Shown here: in pieces, positions 26,260 through 35,433 of the stretch | How the letters are laid out: each line of letters starts with the position of its first letter | How positions within the stretch are numbered: the stretch's first letter is position 1 | Assembly (NCBI GenBank): GCA_964589695.1 | Contig: CAZPUI010000001.1 | Location: 29,866 to 93,865 of the forward strand | DNA: 64,000 nt | Reading direction: 5' to 3' | Source: an uncultured Solibacteraceae bacterium | GTDB taxonomy: Bacteria > Acidobacteriota > Holophagae > Holophagales > Holophagaceae | Made by a program: the position numbers and the translations under genes | Notes under the pieces: generated by a model | Seen by the model: the letters and a program-made list of their open reading frames with translations, nothing else | Databases searched by the model: none | What the model was told of the DNA's origin: nothing

Positions 26260-27701
26260 CAGAAGGCCCCCCAGCCCAGGTCCGTCATCTTCTGCCGGAT
26301 GGCCCGCTGCTCGCGGATCCGCTCGGCGATGAAATCCAGGTGACCCGTCTGGGCCCTTAGCGTGTTGATTTCCTGGGAGCTCTCCTGGATCTGCTTCACA
26401 CCCTCCAGGGAGGCATCCATACGCTGCAGGGCCGCCACGATGTTGCGGAGTCCCTGGGCCTCCTCGAACTGGTCATGGACGTAGAGAGAGGCCAGGCCCT
26501 TAGCCTGGAGCTTGATGGCGTCCCCATGGGGATTCAGGCCGAACATCTTGTCAACCGCATCCCAGAAGTTGAGGACCTGCAGCCCCATAGGCTTCCAGAT
26601 GGAAGGGTTGGCAGGATCGATGATGCCATCCACGCTCTTCGCCTGCCCGAGGTGGCGCAGTTTGTCGTCAACCTCCCCGCTCTGCTGCCGACGTTCCAAG
26701 GCCTCCAGACGGCCGATCACCTGGTTCACCTCGTGCTGGAGGTTCATGGCGAAGGCGATCTTGGCACTCTGATCGGTCATAACCTTGTCGCCGAACCCCT
26801 GCCAGTAGTCCACCTCCGGCTTCACCAGTTCCACCGCCTTGTTGATGGACATGCCGTGATCGATGTAGAGCCTGAGGATGGTGTTCAGGATGCTCGTGGC
26901 TTCCCTCTCGTAGAGCGAGGCTTGGAGCTTCAGCTGGGTCGGGGAAGCCCGGCCTTCCATCAGGATTTCGCCCGTGTCCTGCAGGACCTGGGTATTAACG
27001 CGCATCCCCCAGCCCGCAATCCGGGCCGCAGCCGAGAGCAGGGCCTCGTAGGAATGCGCCATGACATCCCCCAGAGCCTCGGTACCGAAGACGTCATCAG
27101 TCAATGGGGAGGGATCGAACCCCTGGAAGGCGGCGCCGATGTCACTCCAGTAGGGCAGGTCCAGCGTGATGCGAGAGCCCCCGCCCCCGCCAGCTCCGGC
27201 CAGGAAGTCATCGGCAGGGAACATGAAGTCCCGCCAGTCCGTTTGCAATTCGGGGGGCACCAGACTGAGGGAGAGCATCTCCTTGTCGCCAACGATTGGG
27301 CGTCCTTCGGGATCAACTCCGATCTCGGTGGGGGCAAGGACCTTTATCTGGGGGATGAGGGCCCATTCCCGGCCCCGGAAGTCCATGTTCTTGAATGCGT
27401 ATTTGACGTTCCGGATGGTGCGGACCAGGCGGAGAAATTTCGCGTAGGCCCGGAGCGCAGCGTAGGACTCTTGGGAGATTGCGCTCGTGAGAAGCAGATT
27501 CTGTGCGACTTTCTGCGCTGCAATGTTCGCTTCGAGCTTCCCCCGGGTAGCCTCCAGAGCGGTCAGGTACCCCGTCAATCGGCTGTCATGGGTCACCTGC
27601 CAGATATGGAACCCAGGGGTCTGTGCGCGTCCAGAGGCACACCCGGCGAGGTATCCCAGCAGCAGGGCCATGCGAAGGAGGGAATGGAGCAGGAGGCGCA
27701 T
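26259..27701 (-). CDS. Secreted ~500-aa T4SS-associated protein, family member 1 (probable lipoprotein)
   Basis: 480 aa. The N-terminus MRLLLHSLLRMALLLGYLAGCASGRAQ contains an LAGC lipobox. It carries the motif SRITLDLPYWSDIG. The start lies 9 nt after the virB4 stop, with AGAGGG upstream. Confidence 0.7.
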   Translation of the reverse strand: MRLLLHSLLRMALLLGYLAGCASGRAQTPGFHIWQVTHDSRLTGYLTALEATRGKLEANIAAQKVAQNLLLTSAISQESYAALRAYAKFLRLVRTIRNVKYAFKNMDFRGREWALIPQIKVLAPTEIGVDPEGRPIVGDKEMLSLSLVPPELQTDWRDFMFPADDFLAGAGGGGGSRITLDLPYWSDIGAAFQGFDPSPLTDDVFGTEALGDVMAHSYEALLSAAARIAGWGMRVNTQVLQDTGEILMEGRASPTQLKLQASLYEREATSILNTILRLYIDHGMSINKAVELVKPEVDYWQGFGDKVMTDQSAKIAFAMNLQHEVNQVIGRLEALERRQQSGEVDDKLRHLGQAKSVDGIIDPANPSIWKPMGLQVLNFWDAVDKMFGLNPHGDAIKLQAKGLASLYVHDQFEEAQGLRNIVAALQRMDASLEGVKQIQESSQEINTLRAQTGHLDFIAERIREQRAIRQKMTDLGWGAF

Positions 27702-27710
27702 TGGAGCCCT

Positions 27711-30416
27711 CTAGGCCTGGGTCTCGGCCAGGAAGCGTTCTGCATTCGGGCTTCGCTTGGCCGCAGCAAAGATCTCACCTATGGCTTGGAAGGCCTGGAA
27801 GGGGGTGTAGTCCTCGCTGAAGCGGCAGTTGGCCAGGAACTTGGACCTGAAGGCGCTCTCAGAGGGAGAGGTCGTGTAGATCGCGTAGCTGGTGGAGTCC
27901 GGCTGAAGGATCAGGTAGCGCCGCATGCCGCCGCTATCCATTAAGAAGGCTCCCTGGGGCAGGTTCTTGATCTCATCCACCAGGTGCTGAGGCATCCCGA
28001 GGCCGGTCCTCGGGTTGGTCAACGCCTCGGAAGCGCTGAGGGAGAGGTAGATCCTCGTCGGGACGCCAGCCCCACGGAATGCGTCCCAGAAGATCCGATC
28101 GAAAGTGAACTGGGACGGATCCTGGGTCGCCAGGCCAAAGGTTCCGCCCTTCTTGCGCCAGGTGGTCCAGGCCGTCACCACGAAGGTGCGCAGCTGTTGC
28201 GTGATGAATTCGGACTTCCAGTCGCCCTGCCTTGGCGTGAGGAAAGCGGCAGCCTCGTCGATGAAACAGAGCTTGCGGGTGCCGGCCAATTCCTCGGATT
28301 CGACGGCGGCCGAGATCCGACGGAGGATGTACATGAACACCGGACCTCGGGCGTTGTCCGGAACGTGCTCCTCCTCGAAGTTGAACACCACGAAGTCGCT
28401 GTTGGAGAAACCATCCGGCTCGGCCGGAAAGATGTGGCCGAATTCACCGCCTGGCAGCCAGGGCGCAAGGCGCTTGGCCAGCGCGGAATGACCCATCAAC
28501 CCGCCCGCTAGCATCTCCAGGCTCCCGATCCGCTGCGTGTCCTCGATCTCCTTACCCATCTGAAGGAGGGCTTCCCCGAGAGCCGAGGCCTCCTGCTCCG
28601 TCAGCTCTGCCCTGGTCGTGGCGCCGGCAGCCATCATGAGCCCTAGGAGCTGGACCAGATCGGGGACGGCCGATCGGATCTTCTCGGGACGAAGATCGAA
28701 CGGGTTCAGCTTCGATGGGCTCAGGGGATCGGCGATGTTGATGTAGGCCCCGCCCTGGAGCTGGCACAGGCTCTTGTAGCTGTGTCCCTTGTCGATGAGC
28801 CAGCGCTTGAGCCCACAGGGCGCGGTGCGCGTTCCGGCATAGCGCCCGAAGTTGTTCACCAGGAAGTTGATCAGGAAGCTCTTGCCACCCCCCGATTTCC
28901 CCAGAACCGCGAAATGGGAGATGTTCCCTACCGAGAGGTAGACGTTCACTGGGAAGCCCATCATGGTTTCCGGGCTGAAGTAGCTAAGGCTCGCCAGGGG
29001 TTCCGGGAACTCGCAGCCCTTCGGCGGGGTGGCCCCCCGCCCTTCCGAAGCGCGGTAGGGCAAGTTTACGGCCATGGCAGACGAGGTCTGCAGCACCCGC
29101 GTGTGGAATTCGTAGAGGCGATTGCCCGGCCACACGCTGAAAAAGGCGCAGTCCTTCGTCAGTGCCTCGTGGGTGAGGACGATGCCGTGGCGGTTTGCGG
29201 CAGCCTCGAGCCTTCTGCAGGCGATCCGCAGTTCCTCCTGGTTCCGCCCTGAAAGCACAATCGTCCCGCTCCATTTCGCAAAGGGGCGACCCCGCACGCT
29301 CTCCTTGAGCGCACATGTCATGTCCTCGATGCGCTTGGTCTTGAGGGGATCGCCCTTGGTAAAACCGCCTTGGTTGTGGGCGGATCTAATGCGCTTTGCG
29401 ATAAAGCCGGAGCTCTCCTCCACGTTCATACGTTCCAGGCGGGTATGCACAAGCATTTCGCAGGGCAGGTGACGGATGTGGCGGAGCACATCGACCTGCA
29501 AGGGATCGCGGAACCCCCTGATGGTGAAAACCCGCAGTGGCCTTGAGCCAGAGTAGATGGTCTGGGGGTGCCGCCAGTCGAGCGGAGCCCGAGGAATCCA
29601 GTGGGCTAGGTAGGTCGGGGTCGGCAGGAACGCGTGCTCGGAGACCTCCGGATCCCAGTTCCAGAGCCTCTGGAGCAGGTAGAAGGCATCGAATCCCTTC
29701 AGGGGCATGAAGTTCAAGGAGGTCGCGCCGACGGCAGCCGCAGCATCCTGATTGATGTCGCTGCCCATGTTCAACCGTTCCATCTTGGCGACCACGCCAT
29801 CCATGGCGGCCTGGAATTCACCGATCGCGTCCAGGAGCCGGGCCTGCTGCACCGTCGATGCCTTGTCCCCCGAAAAGACCTGGGTGAGCCGCTCCTGGAA
29901 GATCTTGCGGGCATCAGGGTTGCTGATGGCCTTGAGCGCCAACATGACGAGACCGGAAACACTCGCGCCGAGGCTGTTCGACCCGATGCCCGTCTTCCAC
30001 TCAAAGGCGTAGACCAACCGGGTTCGATGGTACGTGGAGCCCTCCAGCTGCCTTGACCGGGCCTGGTCGATTGCATTGACCAAAGGGTCCCGATAGTCGC
30101 TGTGCAGGGGCCGCCAAGTGTCCGTCTCCTTCAGGTAATACTGCCGAAGGGAGAGCCGCAGATCCGCCTCGTTGAATGCGCCACTGAGAAGGTCGGTGTG
30201 CTCCAGCTTCTGCTCCTCAGAGAGACAGCTCGAATCGATCCCTTCCGTTTCCCAGAAGGCCACCAGGTCCCAGTTCTGCAGCACCAGGACGTCGAAATCC
30301 TCTGTCACGAAACCTACCACTGGGATCCGCTCCTCAGCCAGTTCGAACTGATTCCGAACTCTGTTCCGGTGCAGCTGCTTTTCGAGCGTGCTCTCAGCCA
30401 GATCAAGGGAAGCCAT
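27711..30416 (-). CDS. virB4: VirB4/TrbE/CagE family T4SS ATPase
   Basis: 901 aa. Walker A is VLGKSGGGKSFLINFLV and Walker B is KLCFIDEAAAF. Size and position (after virB2/virB3) are canonical. Confidence 0.9.
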   Translation of the reverse strand: MASLDLAESTLEKQLHRNRVRNQFELAEERIPVVGFVTEDFDVLVLQNWDLVAFWETEGIDSSCLSEEQKLEHTDLLSGAFNEADLRLSLRQYYLKETDTWRPLHSDYRDPLVNAIDQARSRQLEGSTYHRTRLVYAFEWKTGIGSNSLGASVSGLVMLALKAISNPDARKIFQERLTQVFSGDKASTVQQARLLDAIGEFQAAMDGVVAKMERLNMGSDINQDAAAAVGATSLNFMPLKGFDAFYLLQRLWNWDPEVSEHAFLPTPTYLAHWIPRAPLDWRHPQTIYSGSRPLRVFTIRGFRDPLQVDVLRHIRHLPCEMLVHTRLERMNVEESSGFIAKRIRSAHNQGGFTKGDPLKTKRIEDMTCALKESVRGRPFAKWSGTIVLSGRNQEELRIACRRLEAAANRHGIVLTHEALTKDCAFFSVWPGNRLYEFHTRVLQTSSAMAVNLPYRASEGRGATPPKGCEFPEPLASLSYFSPETMMGFPVNVYLSVGNISHFAVLGKSGGGKSFLINFLVNNFGRYAGTRTAPCGLKRWLIDKGHSYKSLCQLQGGAYINIADPLSPSKLNPFDLRPEKIRSAVPDLVQLLGLMMAAGATTRAELTEQEASALGEALLQMGKEIEDTQRIGSLEMLAGGLMGHSALAKRLAPWLPGGEFGHIFPAEPDGFSNSDFVVFNFEEEHVPDNARGPVFMYILRRISAAVESEELAGTRKLCFIDEAAAFLTPRQGDWKSEFITQQLRTFVVTAWTTWRKKGGTFGLATQDPSQFTFDRIFWDAFRGAGVPTRIYLSLSASEALTNPRTGLGMPQHLVDEIKNLPQGAFLMDSGGMRRYLILQPDSTSYAIYTTSPSESAFRSKFLANCRFSEDYTPFQAFQAIGEIFAAAKRSPNAERFLAETQA

Positions 30417-30428
30417 GGCATATTCCTC

Positions 30429-30839
30429 TCAATTGAGTGCCAAGGCCGCCGACTCGTCACCCCGAGCAGCGGCACTCCGAAGCGCCGCCCATTCGGTGAG
30501 GGACACAGCTTGGCCCGATGGCAAGTAGACGAATAGGGATTCAGAGCAGTCCTCGCCTGAGGGGATGGTCCAAGAACGTGCCTTGAGGCGGGTGGCCAGT
30601 TGAGCAATCAGTTTCGGTTGATGCACCATCCGCCTTGCCAGGGCCAAGCTTAGAAAGACAATGCCGAACATCCAGCTGAACATCCCGAGACCCAGGGGAA
30701 TGCCACTGAGCAGCAGTCCGGGTAGGAATCCAGCCAGGTTCAGCCCTTTGACCGTGATCGGTTCGTTCAGCTCCACGAAGAATCGATGCACGCGTTCTAG
30801 TCTTTCCGGTTGTGTATTGTTCTCGGATGGTTCGGTCAC
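30429..30839 (-). CDS. virB3: VirB3/TrbD-like small membrane protein (call is mainly positional)
   Basis: 136 aa, GTG start. It has a hydrophobic hairpin, GFLPGLLLSGIPLGLGMFSWMFGIVFLSLALA. It sits between the pilin gene and virB4, and its stop lies 12 nt before the virB4 ATG. Confidence 0.5.
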   Translation of the reverse strand: MTEPSENNTQPERLERVHRFFVELNEPITVKGLNLAGFLPGLLLSGIPLGLGMFSWMFGIVFLSLALARRMVHQPKLIAQLATRLKARSWTIPSGEDCSESLFVYLPSGQAVSLTEWAALRSAAARGDESAALALN

Positions 30840-30856
30840 GCCCGCCCCCGATCCCT

Positions 30857-30884
30857 TTAAAAAAGGGGGCCAACCAAGGCCCCC
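30857..30884 (-). terminator. Intrinsic terminator/attenuator hairpin between the pilin gene and virB3
   Basis: The minus strand reads GGGGGCC-TTGGTT-GGCCCCC followed by TTTTTTAA. That is a 7-bp GC stem (30865..30871 / 30878..30884) plus a T-tract (30859..30864 as A on the + strand). It lies about 40 nt after the pilin stop. Confidence 0.65.
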
Positions 30885-30921
30885 GAGAGAAGAAACAGCA
30901 AAATGAATCAGCCCCTTTTAA

Positions 30922-31335
30922 TTAGGTTGTCGAGAACATGGTGTCAAGGTTGAGCATGGTTCGAATGGTGGTTGTTTGTGCAATGCAAACCACACCAAGG
31001 GCGATACCAATAAGTCCTGTTCCGATTTTCACTACTTTCTGATAACCTTCCTCATTGCCAGTGATGCCATTGAAACCAACAACGAGCCCGCCGATTCCGC
31101 ACAGACCGCCAAACAACCTGATTCCGAGGTTGATATAGGGGTTGGCAGTCGTCTGGAGCTGTCCAGCGATGGCCGTTGCTCCGCCGCCGCCCGCGGTGGC
31201 CGTAACAGTGGAGAGCAGCAGCACCGCCGCGATCATCGCAGCGCGACGGGCCCTGGAATCCGTCATCAAGGTGACGTAAGCCTTCTGCGAGAAGGACCGT
31301 GCCTTCGTCGCAATGGTTGTGAGAGCGTTCTTCAT
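30922..31335 (-). CDS. virB2: VirB2/TrbC-like pilin precursor
   Basis: I chose start MKNALTTIATK... at 31335, after GAGGAGGAG. It has a long basic leader, a hydrophobic signal region (AAMIAAVLLLSTVTATAGGGGATA), and two further hydrophobic segments (LFGGLCGIGGLVVGF, GLIGIALGVVCIA). The track's 178-aa form extends upstream across the regulatory motif. Confidence 0.7.
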   Translation of the reverse strand: MKNALTTIATKARSFSQKAYVTLMTDSRARRAAMIAAVLLLSTVTATAGGGGATAIAGQLQTTANPYINLGIRLFGGLCGIGGLVVGFNGITGNEEGYQKVVKIGTGLIGIALGVVCIAQTTTIRTMLNLDTMFSTT

Positions 31336-31405
31336 TGGCTCCTCCTCGTGAGAAGTGAGTGATGGGGATGGATGCTCGGAAGGTTTGTCATCCGCAAGGG
31401 CAGAA

Positions 31406-32479
31406 TCACGCCTGCGGATTTTCCGCCATGGCCAAAAAGGATTTTTTTTGAGCTGCATCTACCAGTATTTGAAACCTTTCTGTTGGGCTACTTCCATCCC
31501 AGACAGGCTCACCCAAACACCAAAAAATGCGGTCCACATCAGGGAAAAAGCGCAAAAGGTGGGGCGGAAAAATCGAGCGCATCGGCGAGGATTCCGCCAG
31601 GATGTCCTGGAACTCGCGGAGGGTTGGAGGTCTTTGGAGGTATTCGCAGGCTTCCTTGTAGAGGGCATCCCTGACTTCCTGGAGATGCCAAGGCTCCGAA
31701 TCCGCGTTCTGACCTCGCTGGGAACGCTCTGCGTGGTACTTGGATAGGAAGGATCCCGACATGTGGTGGTTGGCGCGGGCGGGGATGACGTTCCACTCGT
31801 TGTCGGGGCCGCCCTGGACTGGGTCCAGCACCTCCCGCCGACGGCCGATGAAGGCAATGACACCCACGCCCTCCGCGGCCAGTTCGGAATCAACCTGGGA
31901 GAGCAGGTGCGACAAGAATGCATGACGCGCACTGTTACCGACTGTGATGGTCACATCGACGGTGTCACCCATCTGTGTTTCGCATCCAAATACCTGGAGC
32001 ATGGCCTCAGGATTGCCGACGATCAGCGTCTGGCGGCGGGAGGTGGCCTCCCCGCGACACCTCCAGCCCAGGGTGTCCGCCTGCGACTCAATGCGCCCGA
32101 ACACCTCCCAGTCGTCCGGCTTCAGGATCCTGGCCTTCAACACCTCGCTGTAGTCCACCCCCAGGACCACGACCGGAACCTGGTCCATTCCTTCCGGCGC
32201 CCTCCAGGCTGCCGTGAGGGCCCTCGCCAGATGGAAATCCAAGGGCAGGCTCTCCGTCAACCGTGGGTCAATCCACTCCTGAATCGTCAGATCGTCTCCG
32301 GTGAAATGGGACCTCTGTCCGCACCTCACCATCCGCGCAAGCCGAACGGCCCAGGGCTCCCTGACCTGCTCCAGATCCGCCAGAACAAACGCTCCCCTAT
32401 TCTTCAAAGTCCACCTCTTCCAAGAGACCTTGCTGCTCCTCGTCTTCTCCGGCTGCCTCGACGGGCCAGGGAACGCCAA
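31406..32479 (-). CDS. Hypothetical protein (up to 357 aa; start uncertain)
   Basis: Long ORF with protein-like composition. Its 5' end overlaps the upstream ORF by 83 nt, so a later start is possible. No domain recognised. Confidence 0.5.
   Translation of the reverse strand: MAFPGPSRQPEKTRSSKVSWKRWTLKNRGAFVLADLEQVREPWAVRLARMVRCGQRSHFTGDDLTIQEWIDPRLTESLPLDFHLARALTAAWRAPEGMDQVPVVVLGVDYSEVLKARILKPDDWEVFGRIESQADTLGWRCRGEATSRRQTLIVGNPEAMLQVFGCETQMGDTVDVTITVGNSARHAFLSHLLSQVDSELAAEGVGVIAFIGRRREVLDPVQGGPDNEWNVIPARANHHMSGSFLSKYHAERSQRGQNADSEPWHLQEVRDALYKEACEYLQRPPTLREFQDILAESSPMRSIFPPHLLRFFPDVDRIFWCLGEPVWDGSSPTERFQILVDAAQKKSFLAMAENPQA
31414..31426 (-). promoter_or_regulatory. Element-wide upstream motif, copy 6 (sense GCGGAAAATCCGC, perfect palindrome)
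   Basis: 79 nt upstream of the pilin ATG (31335). It overlaps the last codons of ORF 31406..32479. Confidence 0.65.
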
Positions 32480-33314
32480 GGAGCATCTCGGTGGCAGGTG
32501 CCCTTCCCTGCAGCCAACGTTTGTTCCGGTGGATCACGGGAGGCGGCTCATGGCGCAAAACCACCCAAATGTCTCTGGGACGCAGACCTCCATTCCTGAA
32601 TGTCCCCCGGTGCAACATCTGCATTTCGCCTGGGTCTCCTGAGACTTGGTCTGCGAGGAAGCAAAGGGTCAAATGCATGAAGGCCCCGGGCCCTAGGAAC
32701 GGGATGAGGACCGTTTCCGCTGCGTGATTTCGAACATTTCGCCGGAAGCCCACCAAGACGGGGCCCCGGGCTCGCTCGGTTCTTGAACCAACACCATGCT
32801 CCTCGGTCGCCATCACCCGGATATCTCGCGACCTTGCATGGGGGTGGGCGTCCATATCCAGGATGTCCCACAGCTCATCCAAGGCCTGGGGCGCTGCCGA
32901 GAAGAATTCGAAGCATGGCCAGTCGATCATCAGTGTCCGCTGCGCCCTCTGGCTCCGAGTGGCACTCGTCTCGCGAACGACATCCTGCTTGAATTTGAGG
33001 TCGGCCGTGACCCTGAGCAGCTCCTCCAGGGTGATCTCAGTGATGCCCTCATGGTGGGACGACATCACGGCCACCCGCAACCGCCTGGCCAGAGCTTCCA
33101 ACGTGTCGGCCTCATGACTGGCCATGAGTAGGGCCCTGATCAGGCACAGGCTGAACCGGATCGGCATGCCTGGCACCGGATGTTCCTGGCTGAGCCGGAC
33201 GAACAGGTCTTTGCGATGGCTCACCGTCGCAAGATGGGCCAGATCTGAGATCTCCGTGAAATCGGCATCCTCAAGGATGCGCGCCACAAGAGGCTTAACC
33301 GTTACGGCGTGCAT
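32397..33314 (-). CDS. Hypothetical protein (~305 aa)
   Basis: I chose start MHAVTVKPLV... at 33314, a 13-nt overlap with the upstream gene. No domain recognised. Confidence 0.5.
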   Translation of the reverse strand: MHAVTVKPLVARILEDADFTEISDLAHLATVSHRKDLFVRLSQEHPVPGMPIRFSLCLIRALLMASHEADTLEALARRLRVAVMSSHHEGITEITLEELLRVTADLKFKQDVVRETSATRSQRAQRTLMIDWPCFEFFSAAPQALDELWDILDMDAHPHARSRDIRVMATEEHGVGSRTERARGPVLVGFRRNVRNHAAETVLIPFLGPGAFMHLTLCFLADQVSGDPGEMQMLHRGTFRNGGLRPRDIWVVLRHEPPPVIHRNKRWLQGRAPATEMLLGVPWPVEAAGEDEEQQGLLEEVDFEE

Positions 33315-33982
33315 TGAGACACCTTCGCGGCGGGCACGTGGAGCGGCCATTTGGGAGCCCCGAGGAGGGCGAGTAGTGGGACGTTCACTTCCCCCACTGC
33401 CACCAAAATCGAGAGCAGGTCACCTGGATCTACCCGGCCCGACCTGCCGAACAGTTTGGTCCGCTCCTGCCGCACCCTCGTCGCGAGGCTCTTGAAGCGA
33501 GCGCTTAGATCCTTGCCGACAACGAAGCTGATTTCCTCCGTGCGGGAATCCTGCCCTGCGTAGAAGGTCAGTGTGCTGCTCATCGACATCCTGGCCTGGA
33601 TTGCCCGCGCTTCAAGTTCGAGTGCGAAAAGGGCCTCTACCGCCACACACAGCTCCTGGAATGCCTCCGCGGCGGCCTCTTGGGTGGGTGCGGTTTCGAG
33701 GCTATGGGTCTGAACCATGAAGGCCATAGCCATGCTCTCAACCGTCCGAAATTGCTGGAGGATCGCTTCCAGGCTCTTGAAGAACCCATCCTCCACAGGA
33801 TTACCCTTTCGCCCGCTCACCTCTGCCCCACGCCGTTTCAACATGGCCCGCACTTCATTTCGAGCCGTTTGGACGTAGGTCTGCAGTTCCCGTCCTTTAT
33901 CCATGACCTCGCCGCCAAGTTTCAGCATGGATTCCGTCTTGCCGTCGGCCAGTTCCGCAATTCTGGGTCGCAGCATCGTCAT
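33302..33982 (-). CDS. Hypothetical protein (226 aa), first gene after motif copy 7
   Basis: GAGGAGG lies 4 nt upstream of ATG 33982. The composition looks helical. No domain recognised. Confidence 0.55.
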   Translation of the reverse strand: MTMLRPRIAELADGKTESMLKLGGEVMDKGRELQTYVQTARNEVRAMLKRRGAEVSGRKGNPVEDGFFKSLEAILQQFRTVESMAMAFMVQTHSLETAPTQEAAAEAFQELCVAVEALFALELEARAIQARMSMSSTLTFYAGQDSRTEEISFVVGKDLSARFKSLATRVRQERTKLFGRSGRVDPGDLLSILVAVGEVNVPLLALLGAPKWPLHVPAAKVSQCTP

Positions 33983-34008
33983 GCCTCCTCGCGATCAGGC
34001 TATGGGCT

Positions 34009-34021
34009 GCGGATTTTCCAC
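34009..34021 (-). promoter_or_regulatory. Element-wide upstream motif, copy 7 (sense GTGGAAAATCCGC)
   Basis: 27 nt upstream of ATG 33982. It lies only 7 nt from the divergent + start at 34028. Confidence 0.65.
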
Positions 34022-34027
34022 CGGAAA

Positions 34028-34762
34028 ATGCGCACGAGCCAAAATCGGGAGATGCCACTTGCCCCTGCGAAAGGCCTCACCCCGCCCCTCGAACGTCAGC
34101 TCAACCCGGGCATTGCCTCTGAGGACCTGAGCCGACTTCTGAATCGCCAGAGGGCCCAGTCACCCGATCAAATTGGCGTCTGCAGCCAATGCGGGTACGA
34201 GGGGCCCGTCTGGTCCATGGATGCCGCACAACGCATCGACCTCCAGGAATCCCTCGCCATCCCCGCCATCTCCGGCGACTACCTCTCCTGTGCCATTTGC
34301 GAGATCGGACGAAGCGCCACCATGCGCTACATTTCCGTCTTTCGCGGGTTCGTCTGGTATCTCTTCGGTACAGAGAAAAGCCCGAGCCAGGAGGTAATCA
34401 ATCGTTCCATCTGGCGGGCGGCACTGGTGGGGGAACCGCGCTTTCGTGAGACGCACCGGGCCCAGCTGCGGGATGATCTCGCCCTCGATCGCATTGGGCG
34501 CGGCTTCAAGCTCTCCGAGGAAGTGCTCACCCCTTCCGAACGCGCTGCTGCAGAGGGGTACATCTTCAGCCTAATCCCGCGGAATCGGGGGCTGACCCCA
34601 TTGCACCGAGGCGCCCTGCTCGGATCACTGGGCGTCCACCACCTGCTTCAGGAAACGGAGCAAGGACGGCTTTCACCGCGGTGGATCGATCATTTGCGGT
34701 ACTTCCCGACGCCATCGGGACTGCTTCATTTCAGTTTGCAGAAGCGGGTGACCGCGCCTTAA
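34028..34762 (+). CDS. Hypothetical protein with a CxxC...CxxC zinc-ribbon-like motif
   Basis: The in-frame ATG 34028 is the first start that does not overlap the divergent gene. It contains VCSQCGYEGPVWSMD...LSCAICEIG (two CxxC pairs). The start is uncertain and no clear RBS is present. Confidence 0.45.
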   Translation: MRTSQNREMPLAPAKGLTPPLERQLNPGIASEDLSRLLNRQRAQSPDQIGVCSQCGYEGPVWSMDAAQRIDLQESLAIPAISGDYLSCAICEIGRSATMRYISVFRGFVWYLFGTEKSPSQEVINRSIWRAALVGEPRFRETHRAQLRDDLALDRIGRGFKLSEEVLTPSERAAAEGYIFSLIPRNRGLTPLHRGALLGSLGVHHLLQETEQGRLSPRWIDHLRYFPTPSGLLHFSLQKRVTAP

Positions 34763-34782
34763 CTATCAGTATTTGGAGGCCC

Positions 34783-35433
34783 CTACGGTTCGCGGTGTGT
34801 CTGGCCGTTGCGAATGAGAGTTATCCAGCCGCGACATGGGGCCACAAGGCTCTGGAAATTGGCCTCGTCGCTGAGAGTCCGAATCGCAGCAAAAGCCCGG
34901 ATGGGGACGCCTGGAAAGGCCTCTTCAAGACACTGAGCGCAACCCAGCAGGGTGGCACCACGTGTAACCACGTCGTCCACGAGCAGGGTTTCCCTTGGAG
35001 TGAGCATTGGACGATGCACCTCCAATGTCTCATGGTGCTGCTGGACGGTAGACCGGTCGGCCGCCTTACTGGTGGCCGATTTAGGCAACGCCCTGCTGCG
35101 TGCCAAGCAGGGGACTACTTCGGCCACAAGCCCGGCAGCTTTCATTGCCTTGGCCATCTCCTCTGGCACCCAGAGAGAGTCTCGACGGGCCAAGGTGCTA
35201 CTGGGAACCGGCACTGCCACAGGCGAACCATCGATCCACTCTGCGAAATCCAGCGTGGCAAGTTGCTCTGTTAACCGTTGAGCAACTAACTGTGACACTG
35301 TGAGCGAGGCTGATCTCAACACCTGATTTGATTTAAGTGCAAGCATTAATTGCTTAGAGCGTTCTCCTAGCTCCGTTTTCGGGCGAGGAGTGTATGTCAA
35401 ATAGGACGCAAACTCGAGCTTAAAACACGGCAT
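34783..35433 (-). CDS. Phosphoribosyltransferase-domain protein (ComF-family PRTase fold without the N-terminal zinc finger; ShosT-like)
   Basis: The PRPP-binding loop is TLLVDDVVTRGATLLG. It has ~216-235 aa and no Cys pairs at the N-terminus. The start (35433 or 35490) overlaps the DprA-like gene. Confidence 0.7.
   Translation of the reverse strand: MPCFKLEFASYLTYTPRPKTELGERSKQLMLALKSNQVLRSASLTVSQLVAQRLTEQLATLDFAEWIDGSPVAVPVPSSTLARRDSLWVPEEMAKAMKAAGLVAEVVPCLARSRALPKSATSKAADRSTVQQHHETLEVHRPMLTPRETLLVDDVVTRGATLLGCAQCLEEAFPGVPIRAFAAIRTLSDEANFQSLVAPCRGWITLIRNGQTHREP

Noticed and set aside
24721-26343. Very long + strand ORFs antisense to the T4SS genes: 24721..26343 (540 aa), 26475..27944 (489 aa), 40220..41629 (469 aa), 19035..19937, 21558..22421, 12374..13405, 50780..51790 and 206..1072.
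   Set aside because: They are typical high-GC shadow ORFs. Their translations are dominated by Arg/Gly/Pro/His/Leu runs and have no domain motifs, RBS or operon logic. The opposite strand carries clear VirB4/VirB11/T4CP signatures or signal-peptide proteins.
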